DNA of 64,000 nt from an uncultured Acidobacteriota bacterium (GTDB lineage: Bacteria; Acidobacteriota; UBA6911): positions 78,393 to 142,392 of the forward strand of contig CAVRJA010000010.1 in NCBI GenBank assembly GCA_963721405.1. The letters run 5' to 3'. Below, piece by piece: positions 45,020 through 53,810 of the stretch (positions are counted from its first letter, which is position 1; the number at the start of each line of letters is the position of its first letter). Both the position numbers and the translations under genes were made by a program. Under the pieces are notes generated by a model. That model saw nothing but the letters and a program-made list of their open reading frames with translations, made no database searches and had not been told where the DNA came from.

Positions 45020-45796
45020 ATGGACAGCCCACATGAGATTCCGAACGAGCGTTTGAGGCGAGAGCAATTGCCCGGGCCAGACGACGACCAGTTGGCCTGG
45101 GTCCAGTTTGCGCTCACCTTCGACGGCTACGCTGAGAAGGGAACCCATGAAGCGTGCGCCGCGTTCGCAAACGCTGCCCGCGAGCGCTGGGAACAGGCTG
45201 GCACGCTGCCTGTCGGGCTAAACGATCTGCGGACGGCGCTCTTCTTCGAACAGCGACGCTGGCGCTGGTCAAACGAGGGTCCGTTTACCGACAACGAGTG
45301 GCGCTACTGGAGAAGCCTCGTCGAGGCCATTAGGCACGAGTTGGCCCAGGAGGACAGGCTCCCGCCCGAGGCGCACGGGATCCAGGATCCGATCGTCGGC
45401 CCTGGCGAGGCGGCGGGGGTGAGGACCACCGCCGAAGAGGCGACAGTCGAGCCGAGCGCGGGGAAACAGGTGCTAAATCTCTACTCAGAAACGGACGCTT
45501 ACGGAGGCCCACGATACGTCTGGTTGCGTCTCACCAATGAGGGCAACCTCATCCTCGAAGGCCAGGATCTCGGCGGGGGCGCCGAAAAATTTTGGGGAAC
45601 CGGGGAATACGAATGGGCTTGGTCACTGCATCCTGAGCGACTGGCCTCTTTCCTCGAATCGCTAGGTGTGAAGCCCTCCGAACCGGCTCATCTTCTGGAG
45701 TCGATTGGCGCCGCCCTGAACGAGCTTGATCGAATCGAAATCCAGAAGATGTTCGAAGCAGCAGGAGCGACTTTTTGGAGCCGCGCTGGGGACTAA
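45020..45796 (+). CDS. Two-domain hypothetical protein
   Basis: AGGAG RBS; FALTFDGY...LRTALFFEQRRW domain, linker, LEGQDLG...EYEW domain. Confidence 0.65.
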   Translation: MDSPHEIPNERLRREQLPGPDDDQLAWVQFALTFDGYAEKGTHEACAAFANAARERWEQAGTLPVGLNDLRTALFFEQRRWRWSNEGPFTDNEWRYWRSLVEAIRHELAQEDRLPPEAHGIQDPIVGPGEAAGVRTTAEEATVEPSAGKQVLNLYSETDAYGGPRYVWLRLTNEGNLILEGQDLGGGAEKFWGTGEYEWAWSLHPERLASFLESLGVKPSEPAHLLESIGAALNELDRIEIQKMFEAAGATFWSRAGD

Positions 45797-45904
45797 ACGG
45801 CGTGGTGAGGAAATCCTTGTTTTCTAAGTGCTTATTTCGGTTGTGACAATGCCGACCATCCTCCCACGAATGGTGGCAACCGTCATCCTCCAAGTCACGC
45901 AGCC

Positions 45905-46094
45905 CGCATGACCCAGTTGCAAAAGGCGTCAACTATGGGACGCCAATTTCCAACATGCAGTTGCCCCTTCGGCGATGGGCCGCAGGTTTCTCGGCTTGTC
46001 CGGAATCCGGCTTTTGGTGCCAGTTTCACCAGAATCCACGAAGACCCACCGGAAGGAGAATTGCGTTGGAGCCTCACTTTATGCGGGGTCTGAG
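45905..46094 (+). repeat. Diverged copy of the segment at 60578-60780
   Basis: Colinear shared blocks CCAGTTGC, ACTATGGG, ATCCGGCTT, CAGTTTCA, AGAATCCA, CACCGGAAGG, GAATTGCGT, TTTATGCGGG. Confidence 0.7.
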
Positions 46095-46161
46095 GCTTGG
46101 CGCTCCACCGGGGTTCCAACCGGCGGAGCTTGGATTGCGGTGTGACCTGGAAGTCTGGCTG

Positions 46162-46596
46162 TTACGCCTTGCCTTGCCTCTTGGCCTTGACCGCGCGCAT
46201 CACCTCGTCGACCTGAGCGCGCCGGTACTCGTCGGACAGCCGCGAATGATCAAAATCGGATTTAAATTTGTGGGTTCGTTCAACGGCAGGATTGGCGAGG
46301 CCAGAGCAGTCCTTGCGCAAGGCCTTGAGGAAAGCGCTCGAGTACCCGCTATCCTTGGAGCAAGCGCGTTGATAGCCGGGATCGAACGCCCGGTAACGCC
46401 GGAAGTCCGGCCCGTCCCAGAGGGCCATCAGTCCGAACACGTGCGCCCGAATGCGCATCTTGCCCGTCGGCCGGTCACGTTCCAGGAGATGCAGTTTCTT
46501 GAGTCGGGTGAAAACCCAGGTTGAGAGATCGATATCGACGCCGAACGGATTAAGAACCTTACCCTCAAACTCGTAAGACAGAGCTTCGCCTAACAA
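46162..46596 (-). CDS. Hypothetical protein, possibly truncated
   Basis: 144-aa ORF with protein-like composition, TTG start. Confidence 0.45.
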   Translation of the reverse strand: MLGEALSYEFEGKVLNPFGVDIDLSTWVFTRLKKLHLLERDRPTGKMRIRAHVFGLMALWDGPDFRRYRAFDPGYQRACSKDSGYSSAFLKALRKDCSGLANPAVERTHKFKSDFDHSRLSDEYRRAQVDEVMRAVKAKRQGKA

Positions 46597-47134
46597 AAGA
46601 TGGTTGTTTTTGGAGCTCCAGCCCGCTCACGTCAGGTTGGCGTAGGGATCACCAGCGGATCCTTGGGCTCTCTCGCAGAGACCTTTCAGCGACCCGCCCG
46701 CCCTTCAGATTGAATCCTGCACGCAAATTCAAGGTATTTGCTCTCTATAAAAAATGTCAAGCCGTTTTTATCTTGGGCCGTCTGCAGCATTAGATCGTTA
46801 AACTCGCGGCAGTACGATGTGCAGTCACTGCACCATTCGATGCCGAAGTGCAGGTCGCAGAGAGAATGATGCCACTCAATCCGCGGGTTTTTTCACAGCA
46901 TATCAATACAGCAGAAGGAATCCTTGTCCGCAGTTCGGCGCCCATCATTCAAGGCTCGGAGACCGCCGCAATTAGTAAAAGTGAAAGCGGTTGTAATCCT
47001 ATCTAATCGTACGGATAATAGCCGCACGGCAAACATCCCACGTCTGTTTGGAGCCTTTTGGCGGGATTGAAATGCCGACCAGGATAGCTGACACTAGGCG
47101 GCTAATCGCACCACAGACAAATCCATGAGGCAAG

Positions 47135-47797
47135 ATGCGCTACAGGGTACTTGGCACCGAAATCCGCTCTAAGAACACGGCAAAGACAATGGCTGAAGCC
47201 TCCCAGGCACTCACGCATTGGCTCCTCGCAAGGCCCCGCGTGAGCAGAGCCCTAGACTTTGGCTGCGGAAAGCTCCGATACACACCGTATATCGCCCGCA
47301 CGAGCGTCGCTCTGGGCATTGTTGACTCTCAGATACAGCTGGAACGATCTCAGATGATCGCCGGCCGCCTCACAAGCGTCAGCAGATACGCGCGGAGGCG
47401 CTGGCCGCGGTGCAGGATCCATTCAGTTGAGCAATTCTGGGCAGGCGTACAAGAACGCTATGATTTCGTACTCTGTGCGAACGTACTGTCGGCTATCCCG
47501 TCTCGCAAGGCTCGGACACGATCACTTCGGGCAATCCAGGCTTGCCTTCGACCAGAAGGGGAGTGTCTTATCGTCAACCAACACAGCAACTCCTATTTCC
47601 GCGAAGCTCGAGGCCGACCGGAGGCGATTGCACATTTGGATGGTCGGATACTGCCGTCAATCTGGGGAGGCTGCTACTACGGTATTCTGGATCGTGACAA
47701 GTGCACTCATATCTTGAGGTCGCTTGGCTTCATGGTGTTGGAAACATGGGTCGAGCATCAATCCACATTCGTTTTAGTTGCAAGAGGGCCAAGATGA
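47135..47797 (+). CDS. Class I SAM-dependent methyltransferase
   Basis: ALDFGCGKLRY (motif I), YDFVLCANVLSAIP, LRPEG. Confidence 0.8.
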   Translation: MRYRVLGTEIRSKNTAKTMAEASQALTHWLLARPRVSRALDFGCGKLRYTPYIARTSVALGIVDSQIQLERSQMIAGRLTSVSRYARRRWPRCRIHSVEQFWAGVQERYDFVLCANVLSAIPSRKARTRSLRAIQACLRPEGECLIVNQHSNSYFREARGRPEAIAHLDGRILPSIWGGCYYGILDRDKCTHILRSLGFMVLETWVEHQSTFVLVARGPR

Positions 47798-48486
47798 AAA
47801 TCATAGGACAACCCGAAAGCTATTCCGACATGCTCGAAAGAATTTTCTCAACGACCCTCGTTAGCGGTCTCCTCTGCACGGTGATTTTGGCCCAGGCATC
47901 CCCAGCCTTTCATGCCCTCATCCGGAGCGTTTCCACACAAGCCGATATTGGACCAATAAAAAACATAAAAGCCTTCTATATTCTAATTCCTCTTGGAGTC
48001 GCGTTTTTCACACGGGTTATTCTCCTGCACGACAAACTTTCCGACATACTTCGATTGCGTCACAGGTTTGACACACGCTACATCCTTGCCCCGATGGCGG
48101 GAAATGCGGGCCTCAAACTAACGGCGAAGTTCAAAAAACGATTGGAGGCTGAACGCCACCCTGCGATGTACGCAGTCTTTTATAAATATGCGGGTTTCAA
48201 AAATCCGGCGATCGATGCGCAACTTGTGCGGACCGCGTTGGATAGCTGGGGTTGGTTTTGGGCAGCACTCGAAGCGGCCTTCCTTCTTTTCGTTACTCTT
48301 TTGGTGCTGGCATTAATCAGGCAGTGGTATCCACTCTTACTGGTTAGCGTCGGAATTTTACTTCTTGTCTTTTTCATGAGATATCAATGGTCGGTGTGTC
48401 GCGACGGCGCGCGACAGCAAGTGAATGCAATACTCCAAGATCCTGCTCGCACAGATGAAGTGCGTACCTATTTTGCCAAATTGTGA
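47794..48486 (+). CDS. Four-TM membrane protein translationally coupled to the methyltransferase
   Basis: ATGA overlap; two pairs of hydrophobic helices separated by a soluble segment. Confidence 0.75.
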   Translation: MKIIGQPESYSDMLERIFSTTLVSGLLCTVILAQASPAFHALIRSVSTQADIGPIKNIKAFYILIPLGVAFFTRVILLHDKLSDILRLRHRFDTRYILAPMAGNAGLKLTAKFKKRLEAERHPAMYAVFYKYAGFKNPAIDAQLVRTALDSWGWFWAALEAAFLLFVTLLVLALIRQWYPLLLVSVGILLLVFFMRYQWSVCRDGARQQVNAILQDPARTDEVRTYFAKL

Positions 48487-49227
48487 GAGTCGGCGCATGA
48501 CGAGCCAATGAACGTCGCAGTTGGTTTGGCCGCCCGCTTGTTGTCGGCTGATCAGCAAATTGGCAGGAGCACAATCGAGTCAATGACTGAAGCGAAAAAG
48601 CAAACTGAACAGCACATCATAGACGAAAATGGCGAGCAGTTACTCCGCAGCAGGTTACCCAGCCACTGGAAACTGCGCCCATATCGACCGGACTACGGCT
48701 TGGATTTTGCATTAGAAGTCTTCGCTCCCCCTAAGGATCCAACCGCAAAGTTCCGCGAATACGAAACGCTAGGTGAGCACATTTTCATTCAACTCAAAAG
48801 TGCGCAAACCACCAAAGCATATCCGCTGAAACTCTATCGTCGCGACAATGTGGAGAAGGCTCGTGAGGTGTTTGACAAGAAGGAACTCGCTGGCACTCTA
48901 AACACCATCAGATATTCGCTTGAGACATCAGAGTTGGTGACGATTGAACGTATGGGAGTGGGTGTACCCGTTTTGCTCGTTATTGCGGATCTCTCCACTC
49001 GTCGATGCCATTTCGTTTGCCTGAACGACTATATCGACAAGATTTTGATCCCTCGCTACAGTGACTACTCTGCAAAAAGCAGCTGTACCCTTTACGTCCC
49101 CGTCGCGAACGAGATCGGTGGCCCCGTCTCTGGTCTCGATGGCCTGCGTTGGTACGCAAAGCGGCCCAAATTCAGAGCTCCTGACACGCCCGCAAAAATC
49201 CCAGGGATTTGCCCGTTTTTTCGGACA

Positions 49228-49667
49228 TGGGTGCGGACCAAAAACTGTCCGCTTTTTTCTTCCGGCGATGATCTGAAAAGGTGGGACGGGGCAGGATTAT
49301 TAGAGCCAAACTCCCTCGAAACCTCCGACTGAACCTGTTTAACGTGCCGTTTTGTTTTGGGCTGGACTGCGGACGAAAAACTGTCCGCTTTTTGCATAAG
49401 CAGGTATCTGCGGGTTGCCGGAAACTCGTGCCGGACGTGGTTGTTGCTGCAATCTGGGGTGTTGCAAAAGGATGTAATTTCGCTCTGAAAAAGTTGATCT
49501 GGGTGCGGACCAAAAACTGTCCGCTTTTTGCCTTAGCAGGGACTCTGAGATTGCCCGAAACCCGCGCCAGACGTGGTTTACGACGCAATCTGAGGTGTTA
49601 CAAGAAAATGTAATTTTGCTCTGAAAAAGTCCGAATCTGGGTGCGGACCAAAAACTGTCCGCTTTTT
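49228..49667 (+). repeat. Four regularly spaced palindromic repeats in the IS left end
   Basis: TGCGGAC(C/G)AAAAACTGTCCGCTTTTT at 49232, 49368, 49504, 49642 (period 136, 136, 138). Confidence 0.9.
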
Positions 49668-49708
49668 CATTTTCGTCGCGGGCGCGTGGTCGGTCATGCT
49701 GATCGACC

Positions 49709-51982
49709 ATGACAGCTCAACAGCGTAGACTTCTTGAGCTCCCGGGCTCGCCGCCAGGAACTGTTGTCCTCAACGATCGTGTCAGCATCCGCACCGAGGG
49801 TTCCCGGCGGGCAGTATTCCTGCAAGGGCTTGTTCTCATGCACTATGACGTGAATGACCATGCCGCTGAAGAGTGCGCAATGGTGACGTTGTTCGAAGCG
49901 GGCTACGCGGATCAGAACGACATCGCCCACGCCTTCGGGTGTACGCCGCGAACCCTGAGACGATACCAAGAACGGATCGAGTCCGGCGGTCTCTTGGCTC
50001 TTGGGCGACCTCGTGGCCGTCCCTCGCAGAAAGGTTCTCCACCAATTGAGGGGCGGGATCGGACGATACTCCACCTGAAAGAACGAGGTCTCAGCAATCG
50101 TGCGATTGCCGTAAAGCTCGGTTTTTCGGAGAAAGCAGTCCGGAAGCGGTTGCGCCGACTTGGGTGGAAGCCTCAACCGGCGATCTGCCTGCCGTTTGAG
50201 ACAATGACGGACGATGCCACCCAGCCGATGACAGCGCCGTCAGACACAACTGGCGTGTCCGCCATGGCCGCCGCCCCAATCGCCGATGACAAAACAACGG
50301 ATGAGCCCCTCCCGGTCAGCTTGGACCGCAATCCGCTCGATCGTTCATTGGATCGCTTGTTGGCGGCTATGGGCAAGCTTGAGGATGCCGCTCCCCTATT
50401 TGCCCGGACCGAGAACCTTCCGGGAGCGGGTGTCCTGCTGGCAGTACCGGCTCTGGTGCATAGCGGCGTGCTCACAGCGGCGCGCAAGATCTATAGCTCC
50501 CTTGGCCCGGCATTCTATGGATTGAGGACAACAATCGTCACCTCGATTCTGCTTGCGCTGCTCCGTATCCCACGACCGGAAGCACTCAAGGAACATTCTC
50601 CCGGAGATCTCGGCCGCATTGTCGGGTTGGATCGAATGCTCGAGGTGAAAACCCTGCGACGCAAGTTCTCACGACTGGCTTCTATGAAGAGAAGCCGGGA
50701 ATTTGGGATTGAACTGGCTCGTCACCGCGTTGCCGAGCAGGGCCGAATGATGGGGTTTCTCTATGTCGATGGGCATGTTCGCGCCTACCACGGAAAGCGC
50801 ATAATTCCGAAAGCCTACGTGACCCGGAGACGCATCGCCGCTCCTGGCACCACTGACTACTGGATCAACGACCAGAAGGGAGACCCACTCTTCGTGGTCA
50901 CTGCGGAAGCCAATGCGGCCATGACCCGAATGCTTGTGCCCATCCTCAAACAGGTCCGCAATCTGATCGGTCCGCGCCGGCGACTGACAGTCGTGTTCGA
51001 TCGAGGCGGCTGGTCCCCGCGGCTCTTCCTGACCATCCTCGAGATGCGGTTTGACATCCTGACCTACCGCAAGGGTCGTTTCCGCAAAATCTCTGAGAAA
51101 AGATTCATCCTCCGGAAGGCAAAATTCCATGGCCGACGCCTGGAGTACTTGCTGCACGATCAAGCGGTCCGGTTCCTGAAAGGAAAGCTCCGGCTCCGGC
51201 AAGTGACCCGTCTAACGGAAACCGGCCATCAAACCGCGGTTCTGACGAGTCGCTGGAAACTGCGTGATATTGTCGTGGCCTATCGCATGTTCGATCGTTG
51301 GCGGCAGGAGAATTTCTTTAAGTACATGCGACAGGAGTTCCTGATCGACGCCCTCACCGACTACGAAGCTGAGCCCGACGATCCAAATCGATCCGTTCCC
51401 AATCCGATGCGAAAGGTTGTCGACAAAGAACTCCGCAAGGCCCGCAGCCACTTGGCGAAACTACAGGAGCAATACGGTTCGGCCGCACAGGACTATTTGA
51501 AAGGGCGAACCGCTACAATGCGTGCCTTTACGGCCGCCGAAAGAGAAATCCAGCGCGAGCTCGATGAAGCGTCCGCCGAAATCGCACGCCTCATCAAACG
51601 GCAGAAATCCCTGCCGACTCGGATTCCATTATCTGAGTCGCCAGAGGGGGAGAAGGCGATGCAGCTGTCGGTCGAAAGGAAACACCTGAGCAACATTCTC
51701 AAGATGGTGGCCTATCAAATCGAAGGGAGTCTTGTAGAGCTATTGCGGCCCGTCTATCCGAGGACCGAGGCCGAGGGCCGCACGTTGATCCAAACTGCGC
51801 TGCGAAGCGCTGCCACGATCGAACCGACTAACGAAGAACTTCGGGTAATCCTATCGCCGCTGAGCTCGCCGCATCGGTCGAGGGCAATCGCCGCAGTCTG
51901 CAAAGAGCTCAATAAGGCATCGGACAGGTTTCCAGGCACAAAGCTCCGGCTCCGCTTCGCGGTGGCCGAGTCAACAATTTGA
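49709..51982 (+). CDS. Large DDE transposase with N-terminal HTH domains
   Basis: YVDGH, VFDRGGWS, RWRQENFFKY catalytic-type motifs; lies within the IRs. Confidence 0.88.
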   Translation: MTAQQRRLLELPGSPPGTVVLNDRVSIRTEGSRRAVFLQGLVLMHYDVNDHAAEECAMVTLFEAGYADQNDIAHAFGCTPRTLRRYQERIESGGLLALGRPRGRPSQKGSPPIEGRDRTILHLKERGLSNRAIAVKLGFSEKAVRKRLRRLGWKPQPAICLPFETMTDDATQPMTAPSDTTGVSAMAAAPIADDKTTDEPLPVSLDRNPLDRSLDRLLAAMGKLEDAAPLFARTENLPGAGVLLAVPALVHSGVLTAARKIYSSLGPAFYGLRTTIVTSILLALLRIPRPEALKEHSPGDLGRIVGLDRMLEVKTLRRKFSRLASMKRSREFGIELARHRVAEQGRMMGFLYVDGHVRAYHGKRIIPKAYVTRRRIAAPGTTDYWINDQKGDPLFVVTAEANAAMTRMLVPILKQVRNLIGPRRRLTVVFDRGGWSPRLFLTILEMRFDILTYRKGRFRKISEKRFILRKAKFHGRRLEYLLHDQAVRFLKGKLRLRQVTRLTETGHQTAVLTSRWKLRDIVVAYRMFDRWRQENFFKYMRQEFLIDALTDYEAEPDDPNRSVPNPMRKVVDKELRKARSHLAKLQEQYGSAAQDYLKGRTATMRAFTAAEREIQRELDEASAEIARLIKRQKSLPTRIPLSESPEGEKAMQLSVERKHLSNILKMVAYQIEGSLVELLRPVYPRTEAEGRTLIQTALRSAATIEPTNEELRVILSPLSSPHRSRAIAAVCKELNKASDRFPGTKLRLRFAVAESTI

Positions 51983-52633
51983 CCAAAAAGCGGACACTTT
52001 TTCGCCGGGGTACGTCAGGAGCTCTGAAATTGTTTGCCGCATTCCAGCGATTTGTGTATCAGGCTGCTGAGCTTGAATATGCGTGGGAGACCGCCTCGTT
52101 TTTGCCAATGGCTCGCTATTTCGCGACGAAGATCGTTTCTTATGACTTCTGGAAGGATACGGAGATGTGGCGCTTGGTTGAGCGTTACGCGGCTGCGCTA
52201 CAGAATTTTCTGTCGACGGGGTGTCCACAACTTAGAAAGTCTGATACGGGCGTGATTCTCTGCGGAGTCAAAGTGGCCCAGCGTGATCAAGATGAAAACG
52301 GGGCGCACCGGTATGATGAGGAAATTCTCGAGCTGTGGCGCTATCTTGCGGCACTTCCGAGGTCTTACGAGGATGTATGTCGCGAATGGTACCTGCCGAC
52401 AGGGCTGGGCTACGACACCTCGTATTCTAAAGAGACAGTATGACTGATGTTTGCAGATTACGAGGACACGGGCGGCGCAAAATCATGTTGAGCCAGACCA
52501 ATCGACGGAACGGGATGGAAGCAGACCCTTGCTTCCTCGCGGGAAACCTCCCGAGATTTCCGCACAAGAGCAAGCGTAAACTAATTCTCAAGTACATCCC
52601 GGGGACGCTTCGACTTATCGCTCGACTGTCGGC

Positions 52634-53740
52634 TCATTCCTCAATTCTCAGAGTTCCAACACGATTTAGGCAACAACGGAGCTTCTCGAGAGCGCCAAGA
52701 TCTATCTTCCAGACATCCCTGCAACCCTCTGAGTATTGGGCAGAATTATATTCCTTGGGAGTCGAGAGAATGACTCGCACATCTGGATGCATGTAACAGA
52801 ACAATGAGCCTCCCAGTGCCTGCATCTTTGATCCCAACGGAGATAACGTAATCCTGTACCTGTCCGACATCTCTGTATATAGGGCCTCAAGGATTCTGAT
52901 GGTTTCCTTGTAGTCAAAGGTGCTGACCTCGTATTGGCGCCATTCATCGCCGATCTCGTTGATCTTCTTCATCGCGTCGAGACGCCAACGGTTTTCTGCA
53001 AGATGAGGTTCGCCGAGTAACCACACAATTTTCTTTGAAGCGGTTGTCAAGAGTGATGGGTCGACAAAACTTATCACTGCCTTGCTGCGCTCGCCCTTGA
53101 AGCAAGCGAAGAGGATTAAGGAGTCGGGCAGGGGATCTAAGGCGTGCCCTGGATAATCCATGCTCGGCGTTACATCGCCCACACCGCGCTCGAGACCGAG
53201 CAAATCTTCGTTCGCCCACTGTTCAGGATTGCGATCGTACTCTTCCTTGGTCGGGTGATAGGTTGAGGCCTCGGAATAAATGATGCGGACGCAGATATCA
53301 TATTCTAGAAGAACTTTCATACAGCGGAGTATTAGGCGATTCGCGGCTACGCTGAGATCCAGTGTTATACACGGCGGCTTTGCAGGAGCACCACAAATAA
53401 CTAGATCTAGTAGTGCCCGAAGGCGAGAAGGAAAATCTGGAACATCTACCTCAATAGGGTCGACGTGTGGCGAGATCTCACGCAGGTGACCTTCTAGTTG
53501 CTGCAAGTTGATGGCATTATCATCGAGATTTGTTCCGTATTTGAAGTAGGCTGCGCGACGCGTTCTGAATCCTGCTGCTGCCAAGCGACCTGGCAGCTCA
53601 AGGCAGCGCGGCTCGAATCCAAGGGCACAGAGAAATATGTCATCTGGAGATGACGTCACCAGACTCTGGACTTCAAGAGCCTCGATGGCTTCAAGGTCAG
53701 CAACAACATCAGCCAGTTCATAAAAACTAAGCTTTGCCAT
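52634..53740 (-). CDS. Conserved partner of ORC-CDC6-like ATPases (duplicated Rossmann-like fold predicted)
   Basis: ALGFEPR, LDLS, IIYSE..Y, SPLGSKMQALG, P.EY....YSEG; last gene of the four-gene run. Confidence 0.65.
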   Translation of the reverse strand: MAKLSFYELADVVADLEAIEALEVQSLVTSSPDDIFLCALGFEPRCLELPGRLAAAGFRTRRAAYFKYGTNLDDNAINLQQLEGHLREISPHVDPIEVDVPDFPSRLRALLDLVICGAPAKPPCITLDLSVAANRLILRCMKVLLEYDICVRIIYSEASTYHPTKEEYDRNPEQWANEDLLGLERGVGDVTPSMDYPGHALDPLPDSLILFACFKGERSKAVISFVDPSLLTTASKKIVWLLGEPHLAENRWRLDAMKKINEIGDEWRQYEVSTFDYKETIRILEALYTEMSDRYRITLSPLGSKMQALGGSLFCYMHPDVRVILSTPKEYNSAQYSEGCRDVWKIDLGALEKLRCCLNRVGTLRIEE

Positions 53741-53810
53741 GAATTGTCACCCTAGTTGCACTTTTTGGCGCGCTCCGCAGTCTAATCAATTTGTGAAGCG
53801 ACAGTTGAAC

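Larger units (their letters stand above)
43866..45864 (+). repeat. Imperfect 54-bp direct repeats (43866-43919, 45811-45864) flanking two genes
   Basis: AAATCCTT-N22-TTGTGACAATGCC-NN-CCRTCCTCC with identical spacing in both copies. Confidence 0.6.
49173..52026 (+). mobile_element. Insertion sequence, 2854 bp
   Basis: Terminal IR CAGAGCTCCTGAC / GTCAGGAGCTCTG; 5-bp target duplication AAATT (49168-49172, 52027-52031). Confidence 0.93.
48583..52443 (+). pseudogene. DUF4365-like PD-(D/E)xK nuclease interrupted by an IS
   Basis: PDYGLD...E..IFIQLKS. Removing 49173-52031 restores ...KRPK-LFAAFQRF in frame (333 aa). Confidence 0.85.

Noticed and set aside
49228-49667. CRISPR array
   Set aside because: Spacers are about 110 bp and two are homologous; the repeats lie inside an IS with an inverted copy at the other end; no cas genes.
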